The notes beneath the pieces are model-generated. The model saw nothing but the letters and a program-made list of their open reading frames with translations. It was not told the DNA's origin and did no database searches. The translations under genes and the position numbers were made by a program. Below, in pieces: positions 1 through 10,243 of a stretch of DNA of 64,000 nucleotides (position 1 is its first letter; each line of letters begins with the position of its first letter). The stretch is from Pirellulales bacterium (lineage in GTDB: Bacteria; Planctomycetota; Planctomycetia; Pirellulales; PALSA-1355). The stretch spans positions 128,001 through 192,000 of the forward strand of contig CAVTBU010000010.1 in assembly GCA_963733035.1 (NCBI GenBank), given 5' to 3'.

Positions 1-11
1 GAAGCGAACGG

Positions 12-455
12 TCAGCGCTTCTTGCCTGGCACGTTCGGGAATTCACAGAGCGGCTTGCTGGGGTTGGGGTCGGCGAGCAACTCCGCGACAGTCGAGGCGC
101 GAAACGCTTTTTCCACGCCCGCCAGTGCATCATCCAGACGCCGATGCATGGGGCACAGGTTCACGCCGTGCGATTTGAGTCCCAGCGGGCAGGACTTGAT
201 TCGCTGGACGGGGTCGACCGCCTCGATCACCTCCCAGACGGTGAGTTTCTTGGGTGCTTTCCGGAGGGTGAAGCCGCCGTGCAGGCCGCGCTGAGAGTGC
301 ACCAGCCCGCCGCGGGCCAGGCTTTGCATGACTTTGGAGAGATATCCGGCCGGCACGCGCGTGGTGGCGGCGATTTGCTGCGTGGTTTGCGGAACGTCCT
401 GTCCGGCCAGGTAGACGATGGCCCGCAGGGCGTATTCGGCGGTTTGCGAAATCAT
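12..455 (-). CDS. Rrf2 family transcriptional regulator (Cys-containing)
   Basis: MISQTAEYALRA start, YLSKVMQSL HTH, SQRGLHGGFTL wing, C-terminal CPLG...LCPMH; start moved to ATG at 455. Confidence 0.92.
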   Translation of the reverse strand: MISQTAEYALRAIVYLAGQDVPQTTQQIAATTRVPAGYLSKVMQSLARGGLVHSQRGLHGGFTLRKAPKKLTVWEVIEAVDPVQRIKSCPLGLKSHGVNLCPMHRRLDDALAGVEKAFRASTVAELLADPNPSKPLCEFPNVPGKKR

Positions 456-470
456 GGCCGGCTCCGTTTC

Positions 471-503
471 TGGATATCTGGACCTTGACATCCATAATAT
501 CCA
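471..503. promoter_or_regulatory. Imperfect inverted repeat, candidate Rrf2 operator
   Basis: TGGATATCTGGA-ccttgaca-TCCATAATATCCA between the divergent Rrf2 and heme-protein genes. Confidence 0.45.
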
Positions 504-578
504 CTGACACAATCGGCTGCCAGAGGAATCGTATATGGCACCACGTTTGTTTGGTCCTTTTCTGGGAGGATAGTGGAT

Positions 579-1121
579 ATGAGGCGGAATCTAAGGATCG
601 TGGCGTGCGGGGCGATGGCGGCCGGAGGCCTGGTGGCTTTGGCCGTGGCGGCCGACAAGGGCGCGCCTGTGGCCCAAGCAACGGCCACACCGGGCCCGGC
701 ACTGTCGGTCGAACACGCGCGCCGCGAAGTTCGGATGCTCGATGACTTGTACAAAACGGCCATTGTCTACATGAACGACGTTTATGTCGAGGATGCCAAT
801 AGCGTGGCGGCCGGGCAGACTGCCCGCGATATTTTTGCCGCGATGAAAGCCAAGGGCTGGCACGATGCCCGACTGGTCGATGCCACGGGCGAACCGGTGA
901 ACGACGAGAACGAGCCGCAAAATGCGTTTGAAAAAGCGGCCGTGAAAAAAATCTTGGCTGGCGAGACGTACTACGATCAGGTTGTCAGCGAGGACGGACA
1001 CTCGTATTTGCGAGCGGCCACGCTGGTGCCGGCGGTGAACGAAAAGTGCATTCTCTGTCATCCGGGCCACAAGGTGGGCGATGTGCTCGGCATGGTGAGC
1101 TACAAGATTCCGCTCGAATGA
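579..1121 (+). CDS. Exported c-type heme protein, DUF3365/Tll0287-like
   Basis: Signal peptide, PVNDENEPQNAFE segment, C-terminal CILCH heme motif, GGAGGA RBS. Confidence 0.8.
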   Translation: MRRNLRIVACGAMAAGGLVALAVAADKGAPVAQATATPGPALSVEHARREVRMLDDLYKTAIVYMNDVYVEDANSVAAGQTARDIFAAMKAKGWHDARLVDATGEPVNDENEPQNAFEKAAVKKILAGETYYDQVVSEDGHSYLRAATLVPAVNEKCILCHPGHKVGDVLGMVSYKIPLE

Positions 1122-1131
1122 GCGTTTGTCG

Positions 1132-1175
1132 GCGCGGTTGCCAAACGGAAACGCAGCCGCGCCGGCTTCTTTTTG
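1132..1175 (+). terminator. Candidate intrinsic terminator
   Basis: GCGCGGTTG...CAGCCGCGC hairpin followed by TTCTTTTT. Confidence 0.4.
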
Positions 1176-1445
1176 CCGCGAACGGAATCGCGCTGGTCGC
1201 CCCTCCGAGCGAGTTGTGTGCTCGTGCCGCTCGTAAAACACCGAGTAAAACGCGTGCAATTGTGCAACAGTTGTTAAACCGCCGCGCTGCCTCTACAATA
1301 GGTTTTCGGGCGGTCGGCGACGGGGTGTTTTTGTTGCGGTGGCGGCCGCGTTCTCCTCACCGGCTATTGGACGCGCACTGCAAGGAATTTCACGGGCGTG
1401 CTCGGCGGCACATGGACGCCACCCGCCGGAACCGGCAGATTCTTC

Positions 1446-3116
1446 ATGAGTGACTTGTTTCACGAATGCGGCGTGGCCGCCGTTTATCACCTGCCGGGGC
1501 GGGGAGCTAGTGCGCTCTGTCCGGATCAGGGGCCGGAAGAGGTCTCACGACTTATTCCGCGGATGCTGCTTGATATTCAAAACCGCGGGCAGCTGTCCGC
1601 TGGCTTCACCACGTTCAATCCGCGCCGCAATCAACTGCTTGATACCTACAAGGATCTGGGCGGTGTCAGCGAGGTGTTTCGACTTAGCCATCGCGGCAAG
1701 TTCGAAAGTCTGATGCGAAAATACGCGGGCCGCGCCGCCATCGGCCAGGTGCGCTATGCGACCTGCGGTTCGGAAGACCGCAGCTACGCCCAGCCCTTCG
1801 AGCGGCACCACGTGCAAAAGCACAAATGGTTCAGCTTTGCGTTCAACGGCCAACTGGCGAATTACCAGGAACTGCGGCAGAACCTGCTGGCCGATAGCGA
1901 CAACTACCTGGCCCGCGATACCGACACTGAAATCATCATGCATGAGATCGGCCGCGAGTTGTCGGGCAATTTGCGGCCCAGCCTGATCGAGATCATGCGG
2001 TCAATCAGCACGCGGTTTGACGGGGCCTATTGCCTCGTGTTGCTGAACGCGTTGGGCGACATGCTCGTGGCGCGCGACCCGCTGGGCCTGCGGCCACTCT
2101 GTTATGCGATCGATGGCCCGCTGTTTGCCGCGGCCAGCGAAAGCGTGGCCCTGGTGAACCTGGGTTTTGCGCCCGAGAACATCAAATCGCTGCTTCCCGG
2201 CCAGGCGATTACGATCACCGAGGGGCAACTCGAAATCCAGAGCTTTGCCCGCAGCCCGCGGCGAGCCCATTGTTTTTTCGAGTGGATTTACTTCGCCAAC
2301 GTGGCCAGCACAATGGACGGTCGCAGCGTCTATCTGTCGCGCAAGGCACTGGGCGAAGAGCTGGCACGGCTGGAAACGGTGCCTATCGACGAGGATACGA
2401 TCGTCGTGCCGGTGCCCGACACCAGCAAGGCGGCGGCCGACTCGATGGCCTTCAAGCTGGGCATTCCCTCGCTCGAAGGGCTGATTCGCAATCGCTATAG
2501 CGGCCGTACGTTTATCGAGGGGAGTGGCAACCGCAAGCGTAAAGCCGAAACCAAGTACACGCCGCTCCGCGAGGTACTCGAGGGAAAACGCGTGATCCTG
2601 GTCGAGGACTCCATCGTCCGGTCGACGACGATGAAGGTGCTGATCAAGCGGATTCGCGAAATGGGGCACGCCCGGGAGATTCACGTTCGCGTGGCCTGTC
2701 CGCCGATCGTCGCGCCATGCTTCTACGGCATTGACATGTCGACGATCAGCGAACTGTTCGCGCCTCATTTTCTCAAGGGCGGCCCGCTCACCGAGCAAAC
2801 CCAGGATGAAATGGCTCGTGCCCTGGAGGCCGACTCGCTCCGTTACTTGCCGGTTGAGTCGATTGCCCGCGCTATCGGTTTCGACGCCGACCAACTCTGC
2901 CAGGCCTGCCTGACCGGGGAGTACCCGTCGCCGGCCGGCCGGGCCCTGTACCAAATCGCGCTCGAGCACAATCAAAACGGGCAGGATCGAGCGCACCTAC
3001 GAAAGCCAGGTGGCCGTCACCGCGGAGCGGGCGCCGAGCTAGCCTCTTTCAGAAACTCCGCACGGTACACCGGCTGGCTGTGCAGTCGCATGCGGCGCTC
3101 GAAGTGCGTGCGGTAG
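1446..3116 (+). CDS. purF: Amidophosphoribosyltransferase (true stop probably near 3042, frameshift near 2990)
   Basis: HECG N-terminal nucleophile, QNRGQ, VRYAT, FNGQL, PRPP motif [16 protein letters not shown]. Confidence 0.95.
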   Translation: MSDLFHECGVAAVYHLPGRGASALCPDQGPEEVSRLIPRMLLDIQNRGQLSAGFTTFNPRRNQLLDTYKDLGGVSEVFRLSHRGKFESLMRKYAGRAAIGQVRYATCGSEDRSYAQPFERHHVQKHKWFSFAFNGQLANYQELRQNLLADSDNYLARDTDTEIIMHEIGRELSGNLRPSLIEIMRSISTRFDGAYCLVLLNALGDMLVARDPLGLRPLCYAIDGPLFAAASESVALVNLGFAPENIKSLLPGQAITITEGQLEIQSFARSPRRAHCFFEWIYFANVASTMDGRSVYLSRKALGEELARLETVPIDEDTIVVPVPDTSKAAADSMAFKLGIPSLEGLIRNRYSGRTFIEGSGNRKRKAETKYTPLREVLEGKRVILVEDSIVRSTTMKVLIKRIREMGHAREIHVRVACPPIVAPCFYGIDMSTISELFAPHFLKGGPLTEQTQDEMARALEADSLRYLPVESIARAIGFDADQLCQACLTGEYPSPAGRALYQIALEHNQNGQDRAHLRKPGGRHRGAGAELASFRNSARYTGWLCSRMRRSKCVR

Positions 3117-3684
3117 TCGAGATCGTGATCGGCCGGCTTTTCCTGGACTTCGTGCGGACCGGACAGGCCGGTGTGTTCGGCGATGGTTTCCAACGCGGCG
3201 TGAAAATACTCCTCGACGTCGGTCCAGAAATGCAGTCGGCCAGTGGGTACGAGCACGCGTTCGACGTCCTTGAGAAAACGCTCGTTCATCACCCGCCGCT
3301 TCTTGTGCCGAGCTTTCCACCACGGGTCGGGAAAGTAGACGTGCACGGCACGGACCGAATTGCCGATGAGCCAATCGCGAAAGAAATATTGTGCGTCGCC
3401 GTGCATGATGCGGGCATTGGAAATCTCGCGCTTGGCCAGCCGGGCGGCGATGAAGCGGGCATACTTGTGCATGATTTCGATGCCCAGGAAGTTGGCGCTG
3501 GGATCGCCCTCCGCGGCAGCGCTCAAAAACAAGCCCTTGCCGCTGCCGACTTCGATCTCCAGCGGCGCATTGCGCCAAAGTGTTCGGCCGGCTGAAACGG
3601 TCGCGGTAATTCCTCGCCGAGCGTCAGCAGGTGACGCGACAGGTCGAGCGCCGGATCAATTCGACGAAGTGCTCTGCGGCCCAT
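3017..3684 (-). CDS. trmB: tRNA (guanine-N7)-methyltransferase, N-terminus offset by a frameshift near 3580
   Basis: [13 protein letters not shown] motif, [27 protein letters not shown] at 3684 ([10 protein letters not shown]) lies in another frame. Confidence 0.9.
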
Positions 3685-3726
3685 CGCTAGATAATGTCCC
3701 TTTGCCGTTGCTGGCCCGATGCGTGC

Positions 3727-4548
3727 TTAGAAGCGACGCGCTTCGTCGTCGGGCGAAGTGAAATCGAAGTGCTTTTTAATTTCCTCGGCCCACGAGGTAC
3801 CGGGCGGCGGAGCACCGAACGAAAGAATTGGCATCAAGAACGCTCCGGCGGCGAAACCGCCAATGTGCGCCCAGACGGCCACGCCGAGGTCCTGCTGGAA
3901 GAATGCGTCGACTAGTTGTCCGCCGAGCCAAAACAGCAGCCAGAGGATGGCCGGCACTTCGATGACCGTGATGAAGCCGAAGAACACCAGCGTGCTGACC
4001 GTGGCCTTGGGATAGGTAACGGCATAAGCACCCAGCACCGTTGACACCGCGCCGCTGGCGCCGATAACCGGCACCGCGCTCTGCGGATCGTAGGCCCAGT
4101 GGCAGGCCGAAGCCAATAGCCCGCCGACCATGTAAAAGATCAAATACAGCACGTGTCCCAGCCGGTCTTCGATGTTGTTGCCGAAGATCCACAGAAACCA
4201 CATGTTGCCGGCCAGATGCATCCAGCTGCCATGCAAAAACATGCAAGTGACGAGCGTGACCGCGATGCTCGCCGGGTCGGGTTGAAAGGCGACCTTGGCC
4301 ACGGGACGCTGCACGATCTGGCCGTTGCCGAGGCCCACCTGCTCGACAATCGGCACCTCGACCTTCAGGTTGGGGTTGTTGATCTGTGCGATCCGCGCGG
4401 GCACGAAGCCGTGCGTGATGTCGAACCGCTGTTGCTGGACGGGGTCGAGCGTGCTCAGGTAGAGCATGACCAGAGTATTCAAGGCCACCAGAGCATAGGT
4501 GACAAAGGGCGTGCTAAAGATCGGATTGTGGTCTTTGAGCGGAAACAT
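3727..4548 (-). CDS. Rhomboid family intramembrane serine protease
   Basis: FLHGSWMHLAGNM, GASG catalytic Ser, AHIGG catalytic His. Confidence 0.93.
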   Translation of the reverse strand: MFPLKDHNPIFSTPFVTYALVALNTLVMLYLSTLDPVQQQRFDITHGFVPARIAQINNPNLKVEVPIVEQVGLGNGQIVQRPVAKVAFQPDPASIAVTLVTCMFLHGSWMHLAGNMWFLWIFGNNIEDRLGHVLYLIFYMVGGLLASACHWAYDPQSAVPVIGASGAVSTVLGAYAVTYPKATVSTLVFFGFITVIEVPAILWLLFWLGGQLVDAFFQQDLGVAVWAHIGGFAAGAFLMPILSFGAPPPGTSWAEEIKKHFDFTSPDDEARRF

Positions 4549-4624
4549 GACCGGACCAGGGGGCCCCGAAATAGCGTGTCAAACGATGGGGGCCACTCCG
4601 CTTGTCCGACGGCGGCCGCGAGTC

Positions 4625-5152
4625 TTAGCTGGCGGCATCGGCCGGGTTGGTTAGTGCATCGACTGGCAGCGGAATGCCCTTGATCTTGCCGTCGGCGACC
4701 ATGATTTGGCCGACAAACGCTTGGAATCGGCAAACGATAATGGCCCCGGGCCGCACCTTTATCATTTTACACACGATCACCAGCCGGTCCCCCACGCGCA
4801 CCGGGTCGCGAAACCGCACGTCTTCCAGCCCGCCGAACCCCACCACTTTGCAATCACCCAGCAGCTTGTGCTTGTGGGCGAAGTAGCTGCACATCTGGGC
4901 GGCCGACTCGCAGATGAGCACGCCGGGCATCAGCGGCATGCCGGGCATATGTCCGCGGACCCAGAATTCGTGGTCGGTAATGTCCTTGTAGCCCGCACAA
5001 ACCTTGCGGTCATAGTCGTCGAAACAGATGGCCGTGAGTTGCTCCATTTCGAACCGCTGCGGATTGTAGCGGCGGATTTCATCCAAGTCGGCGACGACCC
5101 GGTTGAAATCGATCTCGGACAGATCGAGGAGCAACTCTTTCGACACGACCAT
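4625..5152 (-). CDS. fabZ: Beta-hydroxyacyl-ACP dehydratase, FabA/FabZ family
   Basis: NPQRFEM, GHMPGMPLMPGVLICESAAQ, VRFRDPVRVGD. Confidence 0.8.
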   Translation of the reverse strand: MVVSKELLLDLSEIDFNRVVADLDEIRRYNPQRFEMEQLTAICFDDYDRKVCAGYKDITDHEFWVRGHMPGMPLMPGVLICESAAQMCSYFAHKHKLLGDCKVVGFGGLEDVRFRDPVRVGDRLVIVCKMIKVRPGAIIVCRFQAFVGQIMVADGKIKGIPLPVDALTNPADAAS

Positions 5153-5409
5153 TCTCTCCGACAACTTTCTGCAGATGGTGTAGAGGCTTCAGGCCGCGCA
5201 TTCTAGCCCCTGCTCACAGCTCGGGCAACTTCGAGTGCGCTGAGGATGCGCGGTTCAGCGCACGGTGCACAACCTCGTCCACCGCAAAGAGTTGGCAAGA
5301 GCGCATGCGTGAGAGCCAGGAAAAGACGACGCGGGGGGGAGTGGCTGGTAGACGAAAGCAGCCGCTGGGACCTCGGGGGCTCGATTCAGCCCCGTGAGGT
5401 GCTGACCGC

Positions 5410-5508
5410 TCAGGTGCGGATGTCTTTCCGCTTCAGTCGACGCGCCTTGCTGTTGGCGGGCCGCTTGCCGTGGTTGGCTTTCTTCAACTTGCGATGGGGT
5501 TTGGCCAT
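5410..5508 (-). CDS. Small basic protein, bL37-like 50S ribosomal protein (32 aa)
   Basis: MAKPHRKLKKANHGKRPANSKARRLKRKDIRT; KANHGKRP matches the actinobacterial bL37 core; GGAG RBS upstream and hairpin downstream. Confidence 0.75.
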   Translation of the reverse strand: MAKPHRKLKKANHGKRPANSKARRLKRKDIRT

Positions 5509-5802
5509 GAGTGCATTCTCGTACGGAGCAACCGGGAAACGCTCTATTATAGAAATCCCGTCGGAAGTTGCTAGGCGTGCCCTCGGCGAAACCGGAATTC
5601 GGGCTGTCAACCAGGTTGGCATCGACTGCTGGCACCGACCTACCGTCATTTTGGGTCCCGGGCAACGCGGATTGACCGAGTTGGGGGTTTTCGGTACAAG
5701 TCCCGCCACTTTTCCCGTGCCCGGCGCACTTTTGCGGGGGCCGAGCAGCGTACTCATTTCGCCCTGCGCGGCAAGAATTGTCGCGGTTCGAAGGTTCCAC
5801 GG

Positions 5803-7215
5803 ATGGACACTGTCAATCAGGTGACGGCTCGCGCTGCCGAGCTGTTTAAAGCGATGAACCCCACCGCGCGGCTGCTGGCTGCGCTGTCGGCGGCTCTGAT
5901 CGTGGTGAGCCTGATCTGGCTGTTTGGCCGGCACTTGGAGCCGAGCGAAGTTTACCTGATGGGGGGCCAACCGTTTTCTCCCGCCCAGCTGCGGCACATG
6001 GAAAGCGCTCTCGGTCAGGCGGGCCTCGGCGACTATGAAGTCGAAGGTACGCGGATGCGCGTGCCGCAAGGGCAACAGGCAAAATACATGGCTGCCCTGG
6101 CCGAGGCCGGCGCGCTACCGGCCGACTTTGGCGAGTATCTGCAAAAGGCCGTCAATACCAGCAGCTTTATGCTCTCCGGCCCGCGGCAAGAGGCTCAACT
6201 CAAAGTCGCCATCCAGAGTGAATTGCAGGGGGTGATCAACAACTTCCATGGCATCGAGCGCTCGTCCGTGCAGATTGCCGAAGAGACCAGCCAGGGATTT
6301 CCCCGCACGAAAACTGTTACCGCCTCGGTCGGCGTCCAGCCCAACGGCAAGCAGAAGCTCGACGAACGAACCGTTTCGGCCATCCGTTGGATCGTGGCCA
6401 GCGCCTGGGGCGGGCTCAAGCCCGAGAGTGTGACGGTTGTCGACTGGAGCAGCTCGCGGCTGTTTGCCGGCCCGCTCGACGGCAACGGCCCGGCCGCGGG
6501 TGCCTACGCGGACAACAAGAAGCAACTCGAACTCGATTGGGAAGAGAAGATTGTCCGGTTACTCGGAATCGCCGGTGCCGTCGTTACGGCCAATGTCGAA
6601 CTGAGCGACGATGGACATGCACCGCGTCAGGTCTCGGTGTCGGTCGCCGTCCCGCAAGCCTACTTTGAAGCCGTGTGGCAAGAGCAGTACGGCGCGCCGG
6701 CCGGCAAACGACCGTTGAAGCTCGATCCGGCGGCCTTCGCCCAACTCCAACAGAGCGAGAGCGAACGAATCAAGCAGGCGATCGTCCCTCTGTTGGTGAC
6801 GGCCGATTCGGCGGTGGATCGAGATTCGCTGGTCGCCGTGAGCACGATTTACGCCGCAGCCGCGCCAGCCGCGGCACAACCCGGCTACCAACAGGTGGCA
6901 CTCGCCTGGCTGGCCGAGAACTGGCGAGCGGTCGGAGTGGGCGTTTTGATTCTGGTCGGATTGGTGATGTTGCGATCTGCGTTCGGCGCGGCCGATCCAA
7001 CGCCTGCGGTGCAAAACGAGTCGCCGGACGGCAATCAGCAGTCGCTAGTACTTGTGACGGACGATGAACACGAGCCATCGTCGACAGGCGGTGCGCCGAT
7101 TCCGCCGCCGCACATTCCTGCCGAGGCGCGGCGGGCCGAGCTGGCCGAAATGATTCGCCAGGATCCGGAGGCCGCCGCAAGCGTGCTTCGAACCTGGCTA
7201 GGCAACGCGAGCTAA
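5803..7215 (+). CDS. fliF: FliF-like MS-ring protein, internally shortened
   Basis: N-terminal TM, TASVGV...VASAWGGLKPESVTVVD RBM2 motif, C-terminal TM, terminal DPEAAASVLRTWL FliG-binding motif. Confidence 0.85.
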   Translation: MDTVNQVTARAAELFKAMNPTARLLAALSAALIVVSLIWLFGRHLEPSEVYLMGGQPFSPAQLRHMESALGQAGLGDYEVEGTRMRVPQGQQAKYMAALAEAGALPADFGEYLQKAVNTSSFMLSGPRQEAQLKVAIQSELQGVINNFHGIERSSVQIAEETSQGFPRTKTVTASVGVQPNGKQKLDERTVSAIRWIVASAWGGLKPESVTVVDWSSSRLFAGPLDGNGPAAGAYADNKKQLELDWEEKIVRLLGIAGAVVTANVELSDDGHAPRQVSVSVAVPQAYFEAVWQEQYGAPAGKRPLKLDPAAFAQLQQSESERIKQAIVPLLVTADSAVDRDSLVAVSTIYAAAAPAAAQPGYQQVALAWLAENWRAVGVGVLILVGLVMLRSAFGAADPTPAVQNESPDGNQQSLVLVTDDEHEPSSTGGAPIPPPHIPAEARRAELAEMIRQDPEAAASVLRTWLGNAS

Positions 7216-7218
7216 CCC

Positions 7219-8208
7219 ATGACGACGACAGAGCGCAACGTCCGCAAAGCGGCCATCTTGCTGGCCTGCCTCGACGACGAGCATGCTGAAACGCTGTTGC
7301 GCCAAATGTCGCCGGCGCAAGACCATGTGTTGCGTCAAGCCGTGGAACTTCTGGGCGAGATTGACCGGGCGGAACAGGAAGACGTGATCGAGGAGTTTTT
7401 CCGCGTCGGGCTCTTGATACCGGATTCTGACCTGGCCGGTATTGAACTCGATGCGCAGCTACCGCACACACTGACGCTTGGTATCACGGAGGCCAGTACG
7501 ACCGGGGCCACGCCGTTTCGCTTCCTGCATGAAGCCCCCCCGCATAAGCTCGTGCCGTTTTTGGAGCGTGAGCATCCGCAAACAGTGGCGGTTGTCGTGT
7601 CTCACCTGCCAGCCGATCGCGCCGCCGAAATCCTGGCGCATCTGCCCGGCGAGTTGCAGATCGACGTGGCCCGCCGGCTGGTCGACCTTGAGGAGACGGA
7701 TCCCGAGGTTTTGCAGGAAGTCGAACGGGGGCTTGAGTCGTGGTTGTGCTCACAAATTCACGGTGATCGTCCCAAGCGAGACGGCGTGTCGGCGCTGGCA
7801 AACATCCTGAGCGCCGCCGACCCTCAGGCACGACATCACATACTGTCGAACCTTGCCCGGCATGACCGGCGGCTGGCCGAAAAGTTGGAAGCACCGGCCG
7901 CGCCTCCGCTTTCGTTTGCGGATTTAGAGTGCATGGATTCGGCGTCGCTGGCCGTTGTTTTGCATCACGCCGAACGCGAGTTGTTGGTATTAGCTTTGGC
8001 CGGCGCCGGCCCCGAATTCTGCGAGCGAGCGCAGAGCCTGTTGGGTGGCCAGGGGATGGCGATACGACAGGCTCTACGTCATCTGGGGCCGACACGGCTC
8101 AGCGACGTCGAGGAAGCCCAGCGTCAATTGGCCGAACTGGCTCGATATCTGGAACAACGTGGCGAAATCGTGCCCGAGGTGCGTGGGCGATTGAGCCTGG
8201 CAATTTAA
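7219..8208 (+). CDS. fliG: Flagellar switch protein FliG-like
   Basis: RKAAILL N-terminus, EHPQ motif, LGPTRLSDVEEAQ. Confidence 0.9.
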   Translation: MTTTERNVRKAAILLACLDDEHAETLLRQMSPAQDHVLRQAVELLGEIDRAEQEDVIEEFFRVGLLIPDSDLAGIELDAQLPHTLTLGITEASTTGATPFRFLHEAPPHKLVPFLEREHPQTVAVVVSHLPADRAAEILAHLPGELQIDVARRLVDLEETDPEVLQEVERGLESWLCSQIHGDRPKRDGVSALANILSAADPQARHHILSNLARHDRRLAEKLEAPAAPPLSFADLECMDSASLAVVLHHAERELLVLALAGAGPEFCERAQSLLGGQGMAIRQALRHLGPTRLSDVEEAQRQLAELARYLEQRGEIVPEVRGRLSLAI

Positions 8209-8237
8209 CGCTAAACTCTTTCTTTGGTGATTGACGC

Positions 8238-8891
8238 ATGCCACGCGTACTGAAAGCTCCACCCACATCCGAGGCGATGGAGTTTTTGACATTTGCCTTT
8301 GACGACTTGGAGGAGTCGGCTCGTTCGCAACTCGAAGCGGCGCGTCGCGAAGCCGCCGAACTGCTGACCGCGGCTCGCCAGGAAGCCGAGCAATTGCGCC
8401 GACAAGCCGAGGAGGACGGTCGCGCTGCGGCCGGCCAGGCGATCGAACAAATCATTGCCGAGCGGGTTGCCACGCAAGTGGCAACGACCATGCCGGCGCT
8501 CGATCAGGCGGTTGCCGACCTGCGCGCCGCCAAAGCCGACTGTCTGGTTCGTTGGGAAGAAGCCGCGCTAGGCGTGGCCACGGCGATTGCCGCTCGCGTC
8601 ATTCGCCGTGAGGTCTCCCATTCGCCGGAAATCAGTTTGTCGCTCGTTCGTGAGTCGCTCGAACTGGCGGCCGGGAGCACCGATTTGCAGTTGCGCATGC
8701 ACCCCGACGACCTGGCAGTGCTCGGGGCGGAGGTTGAAGATCTGCTTGGTCAACTTGTGCGTAGTGGCGAGAGGGCGCTCGTGGCGGATGCCACGATCAC
8801 GCGCGGGGGCTGCCGCGTTGACACGCGTTCGGGCAGCATCGACCAGCAATTCGAGGCCCAATTGGCCCGCATCGAACAGGAACTGCGTTAG
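8238..8891 (+). CDS. fliH: FliH/SctL ATPase regulator
   Basis: Helical AxxxA repeats, MHPDD, DATITRGGCRVDTRSGSID. Confidence 0.9.
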   Translation: MPRVLKAPPTSEAMEFLTFAFDDLEESARSQLEAARREAAELLTAARQEAEQLRRQAEEDGRAAAGQAIEQIIAERVATQVATTMPALDQAVADLRAAKADCLVRWEEAALGVATAIAARVIRREVSHSPEISLSLVRESLELAAGSTDLQLRMHPDDLAVLGAEVEDLLGQLVRSGERALVADATITRGGCRVDTRSGSIDQQFEAQLARIEQELR

Positions 8892-8917
8892 TAATTCACC
8901 GCCGAGGACTTTCGCCG

Positions 8918-10243
8918 ATGCCACTGCTGCTCGACAACCTCCACGCTCGGCTGCGCGAAATGGTGCCGGCCGACTTGCGCGGCCGCATCGTGCGTACGTC
9001 GGGGTTGACGGCCGCCGTCGCCGGGTTTCCGGCACCAGTCGGATCGCTGGTAAGCATCGAGCGGCACTCGGGCGAGCCGCTATCTGCGGAAGTGATCGGG
9101 TTTGTCGATGATTTGACCCTGGTTTCGTTGCTCGACCGAGCGCAAGGTCTCAGGCACGGTGACCACGTTAGGTTGGTGAAAACCTCGCGATGGATTCGCG
9201 TCGGTGACGGATTGTTGGGCCGCGTGATCGACGCCCGCGGAAAGTGCATCGACGGTTCGCCACAGCCGGCACTCGAGCACCGCGCTCCGCTCGAGCGAAC
9301 CGCACCGTCGGCCATCTGCCGCCCGCGTATCGATGAGTCCATTTCGACGGGTGTGCGCGCGATCGACGGCTTGCTCACCTGCGGCAAAGGTCAACGGCTG
9401 GGCATCTTTGCCGGATCGGGCGTCGGCAAGAGCATGACACTCGGCATGATCGCTCGATATACGACGGCGGATGTGAACGTCGTGGCGCTCGTCGGCGAGC
9501 GCGGCCGAGAGGTGAACGAGTTCCTGCAGCGCGACCTGGGGCCTGGGCTGGCCAAGAGCGTTGTCGTGGTAGCCACCAGCGATGAACCGGCATTGGCGCG
9601 CGTGCAGGCGGCGCTGGTTGCAACCACAGTGGCCGAATTCTTTCGCGATCAGGGAAACGACGTGCTGTTGATGATGGATTCGCTCACGCGGCTGGCGCTC
9701 GCGCAACGCGAGATTGGTCTGGCCGCCGGCGAGCCGCCCACGACGCGCGGTTTCCCACCGTCGACATTCGCGCTATTGCCGCGGTTGCTCGAACGGGCCG
9801 GCCGCACGGAGCAGGGGAGTATCACCGGGCTTTACTCGGTGCTCGTCGAAGGGGACGACCCCCAGGAACCCATCGCCGACACGACGCGCGGTTTGCTCGA
9901 TGGGCACATCTGGTTGTCGCGAGCGCTGGCCGCGGCGGGGCACTATCCTGCGATCGACGTGCTGGAAAGCGTGAGCCGCTCGATGCATGACGTTGTCGAC
10001 GACGATCATCGGCAAGCCGCCCTGGAAGTCCGCCGTCTGTTGGCCACCTATCGTCAACATGAGGACCTGATCGCCGTCGGGGCTTATCGCCAGGGAACCA
10101 ACGCCAACGTCGATCGGGCGATCGCACTGCGAGACGAGATTCACACCTTGCTTCAGCAGCGCGTGGATCAGCGCGCAAGCGTGTCGCAGGCCAAGGAAGC
10201 TCTCGTTCGGCTGGCCGCCCGGGCTACGCAGGATGCGCCATGA
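8918..10243 (+). CDS. fliI: FliI/SctN export ATPase
   Basis: GQRLGIFAGSGVGKS Walker A, VGERGREV, GEPPTTRGFP, DGHIWLSR. Confidence 0.96.
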   Translation: MPLLLDNLHARLREMVPADLRGRIVRTSGLTAAVAGFPAPVGSLVSIERHSGEPLSAEVIGFVDDLTLVSLLDRAQGLRHGDHVRLVKTSRWIRVGDGLLGRVIDARGKCIDGSPQPALEHRAPLERTAPSAICRPRIDESISTGVRAIDGLLTCGKGQRLGIFAGSGVGKSMTLGMIARYTTADVNVVALVGERGREVNEFLQRDLGPGLAKSVVVVATSDEPALARVQAALVATTVAEFFRDQGNDVLLMMDSLTRLALAQREIGLAAGEPPTTRGFPPSTFALLPRLLERAGRTEQGSITGLYSVLVEGDDPQEPIADTTRGLLDGHIWLSRALAAAGHYPAIDVLESVSRSMHDVVDDDHRQAALEVRRLLATYRQHEDLIAVGAYRQGTNANVDRAIALRDEIHTLLQQRVDQRASVSQAKEALVRLAARATQDAP

